From contig CACPCZ010000001.1 in NCBI GenBank assembly GCA_902632555.1, positions 98,572 to 162,571 on the forward strand: a DNA stretch of 64,000 nt, written 5' to 3'. How positions within the stretch are numbered: the first letter of the stretch is position 1; every line of letters begins with the position of its first letter. Under the pieces are notes generated by a model. The model saw only the letters and a program-made list of their open reading frames with translations, was not told the DNA's origin and searched no databases. Made by a program: the position numbers and the translations under genes. The DNA comes from an uncultured SAR86 cluster bacterium. GTDB lineage: Bacteria > Pseudomonadota > Gammaproteobacteria > Magnimaribacterales > D2472. Positions 41,299 through 52,845 of this stretch are shown one piece after another.

Positions 41299-42398
41299 TA
41301 AAGAGAATAACTAATTTTTTTAGAGATGGTATTTATTTTGATCACTACTTGTTTATATCCATAACACTTCTTTCAATAATGGGACTAGTATTTTTATTTA
41401 GTGCGTCCCAAGGAAACATTGAAACTACGATAAAACAATCTTTTTTTGTATTTTTTGGATTAATTTTGATGTTTCTAGTAAGTCAGCTAGATCCTGATTT
41501 TTATAAAAGTAATGCTTTAATTTTTCTATTGCTTTCAGTCTTCTTATTGCTTTTGACATCGCTAACAGGAAAAGAAATTAATGGTGCAAAAAGATGGCTC
41601 GACCTCGGATTCTTTACATTACAGACATCAGAAATAATTAAAATCACATTACCTTTATTTTTGGCAGCATATTTGTTTGATAAATCTTTGCCAATAAGTT
41701 TAAAAAATACATTTATCTCAATTATATTAATACTTGTAATAGTTAACTTAGTCAGGATACAGCCTGATTTGGGAACAAGCTTAGTTATTTTAATTGCAGG
41801 ATTTTACGTATTATTTTTAGCAGGTTTAAGCTGGAGATTTATCGGTGCTTCAACAGGACTTTTTGTTTTATCACTACCTTATCTTTGGAATAATTTTTTA
41901 GAGCCATTTCAGAGACAAAGAATTTTAACTTTATTTGATCCTGATGCAGATCCATATGGTTCCGGTTGGAATATTACTCAATCAAAAATAGCTATTGGTT
42001 CTGGAGGTTTTCAAGGTAAAGGTTATCAACAAGGATCACAAGCTCACTTAGATTTTTTACCAGAAACTGAAACAGATTTCATTTTTTCTGTCATAGCAGA
42101 AGAGTTTGGATTTTTTGGTGTTTGCATTTTGTTATCAGTTTTTTTCTTTATATTTTTTAGATGCTTATATCTTGCTCTTAATGCAAGAGATAGGTTTTGT
42201 AGATTAACAATTGGAGGAATAAGTTTATTATTCTTATCTACAATTTTTATTAATCTTGCTATGGTAATAGGCATAATACCCGTTGTAGGGATGCCACTTC
42301 CTTTTATAAGCAAAGGTGGCTCATCTTTGTTATCATTTTATATAGCATTTGGAATTATTATTTCGATGGCAACACATAAAAAATTAATCAGACAATGA
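41295..42398 (+). CDS. mrdB: Rod shape-determining protein RodA
   Basis: GAKRWL, QPDLGT, IAIGSGG, TDFIF..IAEE, LPFIS.GGSS. Confidence 0.95.
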   Translation: MIKRITNFFRDGIYFDHYLFISITLLSIMGLVFLFSASQGNIETTIKQSFFVFFGLILMFLVSQLDPDFYKSNALIFLLLSVFLLLLTSLTGKEINGAKRWLDLGFFTLQTSEIIKITLPLFLAAYLFDKSLPISLKNTFISIILILVIVNLVRIQPDLGTSLVILIAGFYVLFLAGLSWRFIGASTGLFVLSLPYLWNNFLEPFQRQRILTLFDPDADPYGSGWNITQSKIAIGSGGFQGKGYQQGSQAHLDFLPETETDFIFSVIAEEFGFFGVCILLSVFFFIFFRCLYLALNARDRFCRLTIGGISLLFLSTIFINLAMVIGIIPVVGMPLPFISKGGSSLLSFYIAFGIIISMATHKKLIRQ

Positions 42399-43282
42399 AA
42401 TATTTATTGCAAACAGTTCTTTTTTTTACTTTAAGCTTATATGGTGATTATTTTAATCATCCTAACTCCCAGGAAACTATAAATACCCTTATTGATAAAC
42501 ATGGGTTTGAACCAAGTTATGTTGAAGAAGTTTTCAAAAATGCAAAAAAACAACAAAAAATAATCGATTCTATTTCATCGCCTGCTGAATTTACATGGAC
42601 TTGGGAGAGATATAAGAATCTATTTATTGAAGAGAAAAGAATAAGAAATGGAAAAAAATTTATTGAAGACAACATCAATACTCTAAATAAAGCTGAAGAA
42701 GAGTATGGTGTCCCTAAAGAAGTAATAGTTGCCATCTTAGGTATCGAAACTAGATATGGAAAAATATTAGGAAATTATAGAGTTCTTGATAGTTTAATGA
42801 CGTTAGGCTTTGATTATCCAAGAAGATCGAAATTTTTTAAGGATGAATTAGTAAAGTATTTTCTCCTAACTAGAGAAAATAATTTAGACATTTATGAGAT
42901 TAAAGGATCTTATGCCGGTGCAATGGGATATGGACAATTTATTTCATCAAGCTACAGAGCATACGCGGTAGACTTTGATGGTGATGAAACAGCAGATTTA
43001 TTTAATTCCGTTGAAGATGCTATAGGAAGTGTTGCTAATTATTTAGCAGTTCATGGTTGGAAGCGTGAAGGTAATATAGTTACAAAGTTATCGGTTAATG
43101 ATATAAGAAATTTGTATAAACCTCATGAATCTCTTTCAAATTTTATCTCATTGAGTTTTAATGAAGATGGTGAGGATATAAATTTTATTGGTGACGATAA
43201 TTTTATAGCTATTACCAAATATAATAGAAGTCACTTTTACGCTATGGCAGTTTATTATTTATCACAAGAGTTTATAAAATGA
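42395..43282 (+). CDS. mltB: Lytic murein transglycosylase B
   Basis: GIETRYG, GSYAGAMG..QF..SSY, DFDGD, ITKYNRS. Confidence 0.9.
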   Translation: MKYLLQTVLFFTLSLYGDYFNHPNSQETINTLIDKHGFEPSYVEEVFKNAKKQQKIIDSISSPAEFTWTWERYKNLFIEEKRIRNGKKFIEDNINTLNKAEEEYGVPKEVIVAILGIETRYGKILGNYRVLDSLMTLGFDYPRRSKFFKDELVKYFLLTRENNLDIYEIKGSYAGAMGYGQFISSSYRAYAVDFDGDETADLFNSVEDAIGSVANYLAVHGWKREGNIVTKLSVNDIRNLYKPHESLSNFISLSFNEDGEDINFIGDDNFIAITKYNRSHFYAMAVYYLSQEFIK

Positions 43283-44421
43283 AGAAATATTTATTATTAA
43301 CGCTATTATCTCCTTTATTAATATTTAGTCAGAGTTTTGTTCCTAATGCTCCTGAGTTAGACCTCAAAAGCTATATTTTGGTTGAGCCCAACACAAATAC
43401 CGTGATTGCTGAATTCAATTCATCAGATCTCATTGAGCCAGCAAGTATGACTAAGATTATGACGGGTTACGTGGTCTCTGATCAAATAAAAAATGAATTA
43501 ATTAGTCTTGAAGATCAGGTTTTGGTTAGTGAAAAGGCATGGAAAATGGAAGGCTCAAAGATGTTTATTGAGGCTGGAAAAAAAGTTAGCATTCTTGATT
43601 TATTAAAAGGAATTATTATTCAATCAGGCAATGATGCGTCTGTTGCTATTGCAGAATATGTTGGCGGAACCGAAGATGGGTTTGTTGACCTAATGAATTC
43701 TTATGCAGGTGCAATTGGGATGAATGATACATATTTTGTAAATTCAACCGGTCTCCCAGCAGAAGGTCACTATACCTCAGCAAGAGACTTAGCAAAATTG
43801 ACTGCAAAATTTATAGATAATTTTCCCGATGAATATGCTCTATATAAAGAGAAACAATATACTTTTAATAATATTAAGCAACTAAATAGAAATAAACTTT
43901 TGTGGAGAGATGAGTCTTCAGATGGCGTTAAAACAGGTCATACATCTACAGCTGGATATTGTTTAGTCGGATCTGCTCAGAGGGGTAAAATGAGACTCAT
44001 TACAGTAATTGCTGGAAGTGACTCAGACAATGATAGATTTTTATCTACGCAAAGATTACTTGAATATGGTTTCAGATTTTATGCAACTCAAAAATACTTT
44101 GATTCAAATACAGAATACACATCGGCAAAAGTATGGGGTGGTAAGACAGATGAGGTAAAGTTAGGTGTTGCTCAAGACATTTCAATTACACTACCTAGAA
44201 CTAGCTTTAAGGATGTGAAGGTAGATTACAATTTTAAAAATAATGTACAAGCGCCCATCAGCAAAGGACAGGAAATGGGTACACTAAATATTATAAGTAA
44301 TGGAGAGGTTGTTCATACATCCAAGCTCATCGCTTTGGAGGAAATTGAGGCTAAAGGATTCTTTGGAAGACTTTGGTCAAAGCTTGTTCTTTGGATAATG
44401 AGTTTATTTGGAATTTCCTAA
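43279..44421 (+). CDS. dacA: D-alanyl-D-alanine carboxypeptidase (PBP5/6)
   Basis: PASMTK, SGNDA, KTGHT motifs. Confidence 0.9.
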   Translation: MKKYLLLTLLSPLLIFSQSFVPNAPELDLKSYILVEPNTNTVIAEFNSSDLIEPASMTKIMTGYVVSDQIKNELISLEDQVLVSEKAWKMEGSKMFIEAGKKVSILDLLKGIIIQSGNDASVAIAEYVGGTEDGFVDLMNSYAGAIGMNDTYFVNSTGLPAEGHYTSARDLAKLTAKFIDNFPDEYALYKEKQYTFNNIKQLNRNKLLWRDESSDGVKTGHTSTAGYCLVGSAQRGKMRLITVIAGSDSDNDRFLSTQRLLEYGFRFYATQKYFDSNTEYTSAKVWGGKTDEVKLGVAQDISITLPRTSFKDVKVDYNFKNNVQAPISKGQEMGTLNIISNGEVVHTSKLIALEEIEAKGFFGRLWSKLVLWIMSLFGIS

Positions 44422-45255
44422 ATGGAAAATATTTGTGCCGTTTTTAATGGCGAATTTAAAGACATAAGTGAAATCAAAATTTCTCCACTTAGCAGGGCAT
44501 ACACCTTTTCAGATAGTGTTTATGAAGTCATACCTTTTTATAACGAAAGTATTATTGCTTTCGATAAACATATAAAGAGACTAAAAAGAAGTTGTAGTTC
44601 CCTTAATATTGAGGCAGATATTGAAAAGTCCTCAAAAGAAATTCTAGACTTAATTTCATCAAGCAATTTACAAAATGGGTATGTTTATTATCAAATATCA
44701 AGGGGTGTTGATAATCTTAGATCTCATATGTATAGCGATGACCTTGAAGTAGAAAGTTTTGGTTATGTAGTTGAACATTCTTTCGAATCTAAGAATCTTA
44801 AGGTTTTAATTTGTGATGACATTCGATGGAAAAGGTGCGATATAAAATCTACATCTTTACTTGGCAATGTCATGAATATGAACAATGCAAAAAATAAAAA
44901 ATGTGACGAAATTATAATGCACAAAAATAATGAAATTACTGAGGGTGGAGCATCCAATGTTTTTTTTGTTATGAATAAAAAAATATGTACTCCATCGCTA
45001 TCTTCAAACATTCTTCCAGGAATAACCAGAGAATTATTAATAAAAGAAATAAAAAAGAATGGAATGTTGTTTGAGGAGGGTAGATATCCAGTTGAGAATC
45101 TTCTGGGAGCTGAGTCAATTTGGCTTACAAGTTCAACAAAAGGCCTAGCACAAGTAAATGAAATAATAGATCAAGAAAATAAGATAGAGCTTGACAACGA
45201 AATCTTTAAAAAATGTGAGAGAATTTTTAAAGATGCTTTTTTAGGCGGCGGTTAA
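44422..45255 (+). CDS. Class IV aminotransferase, D-amino-acid aminotransferase-like
   Basis: DSVYEV, RW.RCDIKSTSLL, EGGASN, ILPGITR. Confidence 0.82.
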   Translation: MENICAVFNGEFKDISEIKISPLSRAYTFSDSVYEVIPFYNESIIAFDKHIKRLKRSCSSLNIEADIEKSSKEILDLISSSNLQNGYVYYQISRGVDNLRSHMYSDDLEVESFGYVVEHSFESKNLKVLICDDIRWKRCDIKSTSLLGNVMNMNNAKNKKCDEIIMHKNNEITEGGASNVFFVMNKKICTPSLSSNILPGITRELLIKEIKKNGMLFEEGRYPVENLLGAESIWLTSSTKGLAQVNEIIDQENKIELDNEIFKKCERIFKDAFLGGG

Positions 45256-46221
45256 TTTAATAACAATATTATCTAATTCCTGCCAAAACTGATCTTTTGT
45301 TTTTCCAGCTAACCCTTTAGATGACAAGTCTAATTCGTAAACTTTTTTTTGAAGAGGGATAATTTTTTTTAAGGAATTTGATCTGACAAAAGTTGTATAA
45401 GATGAGATTTTATTGCTCCAAATCCCAGCATTTTCAAGGCCTTTTCTTAGGTCTGAATTTTGCATCGCTACTACAGTTGTATTAACTATCTTGCCTATTA
45501 TCCAGACTAGCAGCTGGGCATAATGATCATCATTTTTATGAATTGATTTTACAATTCGTAATGCACCAGATGTATCTAATTCAATTATTTTATCTTCAAG
45601 TTCATACGGAGAAAATTCTCCACCATCAAATATAAGATTTGTATTTATTTGCTCATTTTCTTTATAAACAAGTTTTAAAAGATTTACTTCATTTTGTTGA
45701 GCAACAAGATTACCTGGAAAAAGATTAGATATTATTTCTACATATTTTCTGACATTATTTTCAGATATAAAATCTAATTGACTCTTTAACCATATTTTTT
45801 CTTCAAATGACTTTAACTTATTGCATTCAATTATTAATGCTGATTCATTCATTTTTTTTACCCATGCAGTACTTTGAGAAATTTTCTTAATAGGCGATTT
45901 AATTAAAATGATGAAATTTTTTGATTCTTTAAACTTAAAGATATCAACAATTTCTTTTGGAATTTTTCCTCCATCATGGATAATTTCAATAATAATCTTG
46001 CTTCCAAAAAGTGATCCACCGGTGTTCTCGATTAAAATTTTTTCTATGTTGTGGAAATCTTTTTTTGTAATAATTTTTTTTTCAACAAAACCTTCTTTTT
46101 TAAAAAAATCATTTATAAAATCTTTAGCATAATTTTGAAGAACTATTTCTTCGCCATAGATAAAAAATATTCCAGGTGACTTATCTATATATTTTGCCAA
46201 AGCAAGGGATTCACATTTCAA
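45241..46221 (-). CDS. holA: DNA polymerase III delta subunit
   Basis: IYGEE, SLFG, GNL....E...L; leuS-lptE-holA synteny. Confidence 0.85.
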   Translation of the reverse strand: MKCESLALAKYIDKSPGIFFIYGEEIVLQNYAKDFINDFFKKEGFVEKKIITKKDFHNIEKILIENTGGSLFGSKIIIEIIHDGGKIPKEIVDIFKFKESKNFIILIKSPIKKISQSTAWVKKMNESALIIECNKLKSFEEKIWLKSQLDFISENNVRKYVEIISNLFPGNLVAQQNEVNLLKLVYKENEQINTNLIFDGGEFSPYELEDKIIELDTSGALRIVKSIHKNDDHYAQLLVWIIGKIVNTTVVAMQNSDLRKGLENAGIWSNKISSYTTFVRSNSLKKIIPLQKKVYELDLSSKGLAGKTKDQFWQELDNIVIKLTAA

Positions 46222-46696
46222 TTAGACCAACCTCAAATATTAACTGATTAACAAATTCATCATATATTTCATTTCTTATGAAATCTAACATCTCGTCTTC
46301 GGCAAGAATATTCAACTCACTTGAACTATATCTTTTCATTGTATTTAATTTTTTATTAATAGTTTTTTTATTTATTGAAATAGAAATCATAACTGAAGAT
46401 TTAACTTCTACTTCTAGCGACCTTAGAGCCTTACCTGCAAAAACATCATAGGTGCTCATCATAAATTCTGAAACTTTTATTGTATTTGATTCTGAAGTCT
46501 TTTTTGAATTATCACTTGATATAGTTGCTCGAATTTTATTTTGAAATTTATTTGGAATGTTTTCAGAAAATACTAGTTGAAAATTTTTGTTACTTAAATT
46601 TTCATAATTAACTAAATCAAAGCTACAACCTGATAATAAAAATAAAAATATTGAAGATGTATAGATATTAATAAATATTTTGTTTGTCTTGCTCAT
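46211..46696 (-). CDS. lptE: LPS assembly lipoprotein LptE (divergent)
   Basis: Lipobox LSGC; position between leuS and holA. Confidence 0.6.
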   Translation of the reverse strand: MSKTNKIFINIYTSSIFLFLLSGCSFDLVNYENLSNKNFQLVFSENIPNKFQNKIRATISSDNSKKTSESNTIKVSEFMMSTYDVFAGKALRSLEVEVKSSVMISISINKKTINKKLNTMKRYSSSELNILAEDEMLDFIRNEIYDEFVNQLIFEVGLIEM

Positions 46697-49104
46697 ATGA
46701 CAAAGTTTATAAGTTTATCTTTTACATATATAGATTTTTTTATATTTGAACCACCAATATGAGTACTAACGTTTTCAATTTGTGACGCAATTTTTTCTAT
46801 TTCATTTTGAGACACACCTTTTTCTAGTATTATTTTTCCTCTTACTTTTCCGTTTACCTGAACTATGAGTTCAAATTCCTCAAGATCAAGCAGATCTTCA
46901 TTATATTCAGGCCACCATGAATCAACATTTTGACTATCATATTGATATTCTCTCCATAGATACTCACAAATATGAGGAGCTATAGGAGATAGCATTTTCA
47001 AAATAAAGATTATTGCTTCATTAAGACAAAATTTATGAGAATCACTTGTGTCTTCCTCTTTGAAACTTTCTGGTATTGAGTTTAAAAGTTCCATTATCGC
47101 TGCAATAGCGGTATTGAATGCAAACCTTATTTCATAGTCATTTTGGACTTTTTTAAGCGTTGCATGTGACTTTCTTCTTAGCTCAATATCTTTTTTATCA
47201 AGTTGTAAATCATTAATATCGAATAACTCAAATTTTCTATTCGAAACTAGAGCCCATACTTTTTTTAGAAACCTTGAAGCTCCTTCAACCGAAGATTCAC
47301 TCCATTCTAAGCTTTGCTCAGGAGGAGATGTGAACATCATATAAAGCCTGACTGTATCAGCCCCATATTTCTCAATGTAAGCTTGCGGATCAACTGTATT
47401 GCCCTTTGATTTTGACATTTTTGCACCATCCTTGAGCACCATACCTTGAGTAAGTAGTCTTTTGAATGGCTCATCTCCATCAACCATACCAATATCACGC
47501 AATGCTTTATGAAAAAATCTTGAGTACAGAAGATGTAGTATTGCATGCTCAATTCCTCCTATATACAAATCGACTGGCAACCAGTATTTAGTATTTTTAT
47601 CAAAGATCTCTTTTTCGTTATCTGATGAAGTAAATCTTGCGTGATACCACGATGAATCCATAAAAGTGTCAAATGTATCGCTCTCCCTTTGAATATTGTC
47701 GCCAAGGTTAACAAAATCTGGAATTTGGCTTAGAGGTCTCGGTGATGAGTCCTCTGTTAATTCGGGAAGTACAACCGGAAGATCTTTTTCATGAACCATT
47801 TCTGGCTCACCATTTTTATAAATTACTGGAATTGGACAACCCCAATACCTCTGTCTACTTACGCCCCAATCTCTTAATCTAAATTGGGTAAGTGCTGAGC
47901 CTTTGTTGACCTTAATTAAGTATTCAATGATTTCAGCAGAAGCTTTTTCTGAATCCATACCATCAAACTCATTAGAGTTTACGAGTTTCCCTTTTTCGAG
48001 TATAGGCAATTCACCCTTATTTTCTGACTCAATTACCTGTTCAATATTTAAATCATATTTTTTTGCAAATTCATAATCTCTAGCATCATGGCCTGGCACT
48101 CCCATGACAACTCCTGTTCCGTATTCAAGCAACACAAAGTTTCCAATCCAAACAGGAAGCTTTTTTTCGGTTATTGGATGTATTACTTTAATACCAGTAT
48201 CTATACCAAGCTTTTCTGCTTTGGCCATGTCTGCCTCAGCTGCTTTAGATTCTTTACATAAATTAAGAAAATTTTTAACTTTTTCATTATTTTCAGCAAT
48301 TTCAATAGATAACGGATGGTTTGGTGATAAGGCTAGAAAAGAAACACCAAATATCGTATCTGGCCTTGTTGAAAAAGTTGTGAGGATTTTTTCAGAGTTT
48401 TCTAATTGATACTTTATTTCAGCTCCATTTGATTTTCCAATCCAATTTTTTTGCATGAGCTTTACGTTTTCTGGCCAATCTAGAGCGTCCAGAGATTCAA
48501 GTAATTCATCTGCATAATTAGTTATTTTTATGAACCATTGATCAATTTCTTTTAACTCAACTTGAGCACCAGACCTCCATCCTTTCCCATCAATTACTTG
48601 CTCATTAGCAAGTACAGTTTTATCAACAGGATCCCAATTTACTAGAGATTTTTTTCTGTATACCAAGCCTGCCTCATGAAATTTCTTAAAAATTAGTTGT
48701 TCCCATTTATAGTAACTTGGATCACATGTTCTCAGCTCTTTAGACCAGTCGTAACTTAAACCCAATGATTGAAGCTGATTTTTCATATTTTCAATATTTT
48801 GGTTAGTCCAATTTTTAGGATTTACCTTATTTTGAATTGCTGCATTTTCAGCAGGAAGACCAAAAGCATCCCAACCCATTGGCTGAAATACATTGAAGTT
48901 CTGCATTCTTTTGTAACGGGAAATAACATCACCAATTGTATAATTTCTGACATGTCCCATATGCAGTTTTCCGGATGGATATGGAAACATAGACAAACAA
49001 TAAAATTTTTCTCTTTCATCGATCTTGGATTCAAAAACTTTACTTGAATCCCATTTTTCTTGGATATTTCTTTCTATAAATTTTGGATCGTATAGTTTGG
49101 TCAT
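46693..49104 (-). CDS. leuS: Leucine--tRNA ligase
   Basis: [29 protein letters not shown]. Confidence 0.97.
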   Translation of the reverse strand: MTKLYDPKFIERNIQEKWDSSKVFESKIDEREKFYCLSMFPYPSGKLHMGHVRNYTIGDVISRYKRMQNFNVFQPMGWDAFGLPAENAAIQNKVNPKNWTNQNIENMKNQLQSLGLSYDWSKELRTCDPSYYKWEQLIFKKFHEAGLVYRKKSLVNWDPVDKTVLANEQVIDGKGWRSGAQVELKEIDQWFIKITNYADELLESLDALDWPENVKLMQKNWIGKSNGAEIKYQLENSEKILTTFSTRPDTIFGVSFLALSPNHPLSIEIAENNEKVKNFLNLCKESKAAEADMAKAEKLGIDTGIKVIHPITEKKLPVWIGNFVLLEYGTGVVMGVPGHDARDYEFAKKYDLNIEQVIESENKGELPILEKGKLVNSNEFDGMDSEKASAEIIEYLIKVNKGSALTQFRLRDWGVSRQRYWGCPIPVIYKNGEPEMVHEKDLPVVLPELTEDSSPRPLSQIPDFVNLGDNIQRESDTFDTFMDSSWYHARFTSSDNEKEIFDKNTKYWLPVDLYIGGIEHAILHLLYSRFFHKALRDIGMVDGDEPFKRLLTQGMVLKDGAKMSKSKGNTVDPQAYIEKYGADTVRLYMMFTSPPEQSLEWSESSVEGASRFLKKVWALVSNRKFELFDINDLQLDKKDIELRRKSHATLKKVQNDYEIRFAFNTAIAAIMELLNSIPESFKEEDTSDSHKFCLNEAIIFILKMLSPIAPHICEYLWREYQYDSQNVDSWWPEYNEDLLDLEEFELIVQVNGKVRGKIILEKGVSQNEIEKIASQIENVSTHIGGSNIKKSIYVKDKLINFVI

Positions 49105-49105
49105 T

Positions 49106-50446
49106 TTATTTTAAGAATTCATTTTCAAGATAATTAATTGTATGTTTATTTTCATTAAATATCTCATCATCAAGAATATTCTGATGGAGCTCCTGATTTG
49201 TTTTTATACCTTCAACAAAAAATTCGTCTAAAGCACTTTTCATTCTCTTAATTGCAGATTTTCTTGTATTAGCTTGAGTAATAATTTTTGCAAGAAGTGA
49301 ATCATAAAATGGTGGAACTTTGTATCCACTATAAATGTGAGAATCATATCTAATACCAAATCCACCGGCAGTATGCATTTTAGTTATCTCACCTGGACAT
49401 GGCTGAAAAGTAACAGGATCTTCAGCATTTATTCTGCACTCTATCGCATGTCCATTAAAATTAACTTCATTTTGTTTTAAATTTATATTAAGTCCAAGAG
49501 CAATTCTCAACTGTGCTTTGACGATATCAAAACCAGTTATCATTTCAGTAACAGGATGTTCAACTTGTATTCTTGTATTCATTTCTATGAAGTAGAAATT
49601 ACTTTTTTCATACAAAAATTCAAGAGTTCCCACTCCCTCATAATTTATCTCCTTACAAAGATTAACCGAAGCATCTAAAATATATTGAAGACTTTCTTGG
49701 TCAACATTTGATGCAGGGGCTTCTTCTATAATTTTTTGATGTCTTCTTTGCATGCTGCAGTCTCTTGTTCCCAAATGGATGGCATTTCCTTTTCCGTCTC
49801 CGACTACTTGTATCTCTATATGTCTAGGATTTTCAATAAATTTTTCTATGTATATTTGATCATTTCCAAATGCATTTGAAGCCTCCTGCATTGTAATTTC
49901 AACCATAGATTCAAGGCTCTCAACTGAATGAACTATTCTCATACCTCTGCCACCACCACCAGCCGTAGCTTTTAGAATTACTGGATAGCCAATATTCTGA
50001 ACTAGATCTTTTAGCTCCTGACCATTTTTAGGTAATTCACCTGAATAACCAGGTACTGTAGGAATATCAAAGGTTTCTACAAAATTTTTAGCTGTAATTT
50101 TATCTCCCATTTTTCTTATTGTTTCTGACTTAGGTCCTATAAATTTAAAACCACTTTCACTGCATTGGTGCGCAAAATCTGGATTCTCAGCTAAAAAACC
50201 ATATCCAGGATAAATTGCATCTACTTCAGTAAGCTCTGCCGCTGAGAGTATTGAGGGGATATTCAAATAGCTATCAATCGGTAATGCTGATCCTATACAA
50301 ACTGTCTCATCAGAAAATTTTAAATGCTTTAGATCTTTGTCAACCTCAGAATAAACACTTACTGTTTTAATACCTAGCTCTCTACATGCCCTTAAAGCGC
50401 GAAGAGCAATCTCTCCTCTATTGGCAATTAAAACTTTATGAGACAT
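49106..50446 (-). CDS. accC: Acetyl-CoA carboxylase biotin carboxylase
   Basis: [31 protein letters not shown]. Confidence 0.96.
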   Translation of the reverse strand: MSHKVLIANRGEIALRALRACRELGIKTVSVYSEVDKDLKHLKFSDETVCIGSALPIDSYLNIPSILSAAELTEVDAIYPGYGFLAENPDFAHQCSESGFKFIGPKSETIRKMGDKITAKNFVETFDIPTVPGYSGELPKNGQELKDLVQNIGYPVILKATAGGGGRGMRIVHSVESLESMVEITMQEASNAFGNDQIYIEKFIENPRHIEIQVVGDGKGNAIHLGTRDCSMQRRHQKIIEEAPASNVDQESLQYILDASVNLCKEINYEGVGTLEFLYEKSNFYFIEMNTRIQVEHPVTEMITGFDIVKAQLRIALGLNINLKQNEVNFNGHAIECRINAEDPVTFQPCPGEITKMHTAGGFGIRYDSHIYSGYKVPPFYDSLLAKIITQANTRKSAIKRMKSALDEFFVEGIKTNQELHQNILDDEIFNENKHTINYLENEFLK

Positions 50447-50887
50447 TTATTCAATAATGATAATAGTTTGCCCGAACTCCACGGGTTGACCATCTTCAAC
50501 CTCAATTGCTGAAACCTTTCCATCATAATCTGATTTAATTTCATTCATCATTTTCATCGCTTCAATAATACAAAGAACGTCACCTTTATTAACAATATCT
50601 CCAACTTTTACAAACGGCTCTTTTTCAGGACTAGGCTTCCTATAAAATGTCCCAACAATTGGCGAAGTTACAAGATTTCCCTTAACTTCAGATGGATTTT
50701 GATTTTGGTCTGTTGGAGTAATTTCTTTGTGGATATTTTGAGATTGAATGCTTGTATCATTTAACATATTTGTATCTTTGCTAGATTTTGAAATTCTTAC
50801 TGACTCCTCACCTTGACTAACTTCAATTTCATTTAAGTTCGATTCTTCTAACATTTCAATTAGTGTTTTTATTTTTCTTATGTCCAT
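50447..50887 (-). CDS. accB: Biotin carboxyl carrier protein
   Basis: MDIRKIK, EAMKM biotinylation motif. Confidence 0.96.
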   Translation of the reverse strand: MDIRKIKTLIEMLEESNLNEIEVSQGEESVRISKSSKDTNMLNDTSIQSQNIHKEITPTDQNQNPSEVKGNLVTSPIVGTFYRKPSPEKEPFVKVGDIVNKGDVLCIIEAMKMMNEIKSDYDGKVSAIEVEDGQPVEFGQTIIIIE

Positions 50888-50895
50888 AACATTAC

Positions 50896-51327
50896 CTATT
50901 TATTTTTAATTGCATCTTCAAGAGCCATAACATAACCTTCCGTACCATAGCCGCTAATTACTTTTCTTGAAATATCTGAAAAAAAAGATTTTCTTCTAAA
51001 ATCTTCTCTGGAGTCTATATCTGATATGTGAACCTCATAAAATGGTATTTTAACTGCTAATAACGCATCTCTTAATGCGACACTTGTATGAGTATATCCA
51101 GCTGGATTGAAAATTATTACATCTACAACATCGGTATAGGCATCATGAATACAATTTATTAGCTCGTGCTCTGCATTACTTTGAAAGAAATTTATATCAA
51201 TATTTGATTTATTTGCAATATTTTTTAAATTATTTTCTATATCTTTAAGTGATTTCGATCCATAAACATCCTCTTCCCTAATACCAAGAAGATTTAGGTT
51301 TGGACCATTAATTACTAATACTTTCAT
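50896..51327 (-). CDS. aroQ: Type II 3-dehydroquinate dehydratase
   Basis: [25 protein letters not shown]. Confidence 0.96.
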   Translation of the reverse strand: MKVLVINGPNLNLLGIREEDVYGSKSLKDIENNLKNIANKSNIDINFFQSNAEHELINCIHDAYTDVVDVIIFNPAGYTHTSVALRDALLAVKIPFYEVHISDIDSREDFRRKSFFSDISRKVISGYGTEGYVMALEDAIKNK

Positions 51328-51367
51328 TTAACAGATTTTAACAGAAAATAGCATAATTTAAGCGATT

Positions 51368-51781
51368 TTATATAACATATTTTTGGACAGGGTAACAAAG
51401 ACCTTGCTCAGCACAGCCCTGATATGAAATTTCGTATCCTTTACTAACTCCATCTTTATCTAAAGAAATTTTAAGTTTGTTCTTATAAATTTCAGTTTTT
51501 CCAAAAAACTCGTCTTCGAATTGATTTTTTAAACCATCAATAATTTTATGCTTAACAAGTTTTTTATTTAGACTAATTTTTATTGAGTCAGCATATAAAT
51601 AATATTTTTCCTCAATTTTCCATTCTATGAATATTTCATTATCATTATTTACTACATTAATTATAAAAGCTTCATCAGCCGCCAATATTTTTTCTTCGTA
51701 TATAAATTTATTATTAGCAAAAATATCTAGCGAAGAGATTAAAACTAAAACATAAAGATATAATGACCATTTCATATGCAA
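51368..51781 (-). CDS. Stand-alone DsbD N-terminal domain protein
   Basis: Signal peptide, W.I...YYLY, DEFFG, YQGCAEQGLCYP. Confidence 0.8.
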   Translation of the reverse strand: MHMKWSLYLYVLVLISSLDIFANNKFIYEEKILAADEAFIINVVNNDNEIFIEWKIEEKYYLYADSIKISLNKKLVKHKIIDGLKNQFEDEFFGKTEIYKNKLKISLDKDGVSKGYEISYQGCAEQGLCYPVQKYVI

Positions 51782-51837
51782 CTAGGATAAACTTCAGAAA
51801 ATATAAAGTGAAGTGTTTGTTCAATTATAATTAAAAA

Positions 51838-52845
51838 ATGATTTCAAACTTATTAATTAATTTATTCTTTTATATTCCTATTTGGTTAATAAAAATTTTT
51901 TTATTTTTTAAGCGTGATGTCAAAAGAAAATATTCTTTGGATCCACAAGCTCAACTTTTACTCTCTCTTTTTCCGAAATATGACATTGAACAAATTAAAA
52001 ATGATGAGCTCTCAGTTTTTAGAGAATCAATTGAGAAAGACAGAAGACAACTTAAAGTTTCAAAAAAAACACAAAGAGCTGTTAAAAAGGTAGATCATTT
52101 TATTGGCGATAATAAATCTTTGTTGATAAGAGAATATGAACCATATAAAACTGATAACCAAAATATAATTTTATATTTCCATGGCGGCGGCTACGTTTTA
52201 AATTCAGTAGAAACTCATGATGACACTGTTTCATATTTTTCGGAAAAGCTAAGAACAAGAATTTTTTCACTTGACTATAGATTGGCACCAGAAAATAAAT
52301 TTCCAATTGCATTGGAAGATTCTTTAATAGCAATTAGCTGGTTAGAATCTAGAGGGATATTGCTTGATAATATTAGTCTTTGTGGCGACAGCGCAGGTGG
52401 GCATTTAGCAGCATCACTTTCACATTATTTTTCAGAAAAAGAAACTAAGATTCATAGTCAATTTTTAATTTATCCAATGTGTGATCCAGCATGTGAAAGC
52501 GAATCTCAAAATTTGTTCAGCGAGGGCTATTTCTTAACACAAGAGGCAATGAGATGGTTCTGGGAATGTCTAATTTCAAATGAAGATGATAATAATAAAG
52601 ATACATTTAATTTGTTAAAAATTAATAAAAAAATCACCGCAGATCATACATTTATAGTAACAGCTGGATTTGATCCCTTGCATGATGAAGCTGAAGATTA
52701 TGCTTCATTGCTTCATAATCTAGGCAATAATGTGAAACAATTGCATTATCCATCTTTGTTTCACGGATTTGCATCAATAACTAAATTAAAAAAAGCGAAT
52801 GATGCTGTCAATGATATGCTTATAGAGTACAAGAAAATATTATGA
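51838..52845 (+). CDS. HSL-family alpha/beta hydrolase (esterase)
   Basis: HGGG, GDSAG, DPLHDE, HGF. Confidence 0.9.
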   Translation: MISNLLINLFFYIPIWLIKIFLFFKRDVKRKYSLDPQAQLLLSLFPKYDIEQIKNDELSVFRESIEKDRRQLKVSKKTQRAVKKVDHFIGDNKSLLIREYEPYKTDNQNIILYFHGGGYVLNSVETHDDTVSYFSEKLRTRIFSLDYRLAPENKFPIALEDSLIAISWLESRGILLDNISLCGDSAGGHLAASLSHYFSEKETKIHSQFLIYPMCDPACESESQNLFSEGYFLTQEAMRWFWECLISNEDDNNKDTFNLLKINKKITADHTFIVTAGFDPLHDEAEDYASLLHNLGNNVKQLHYPSLFHGFASITKLKKANDAVNDMLIEYKKIL

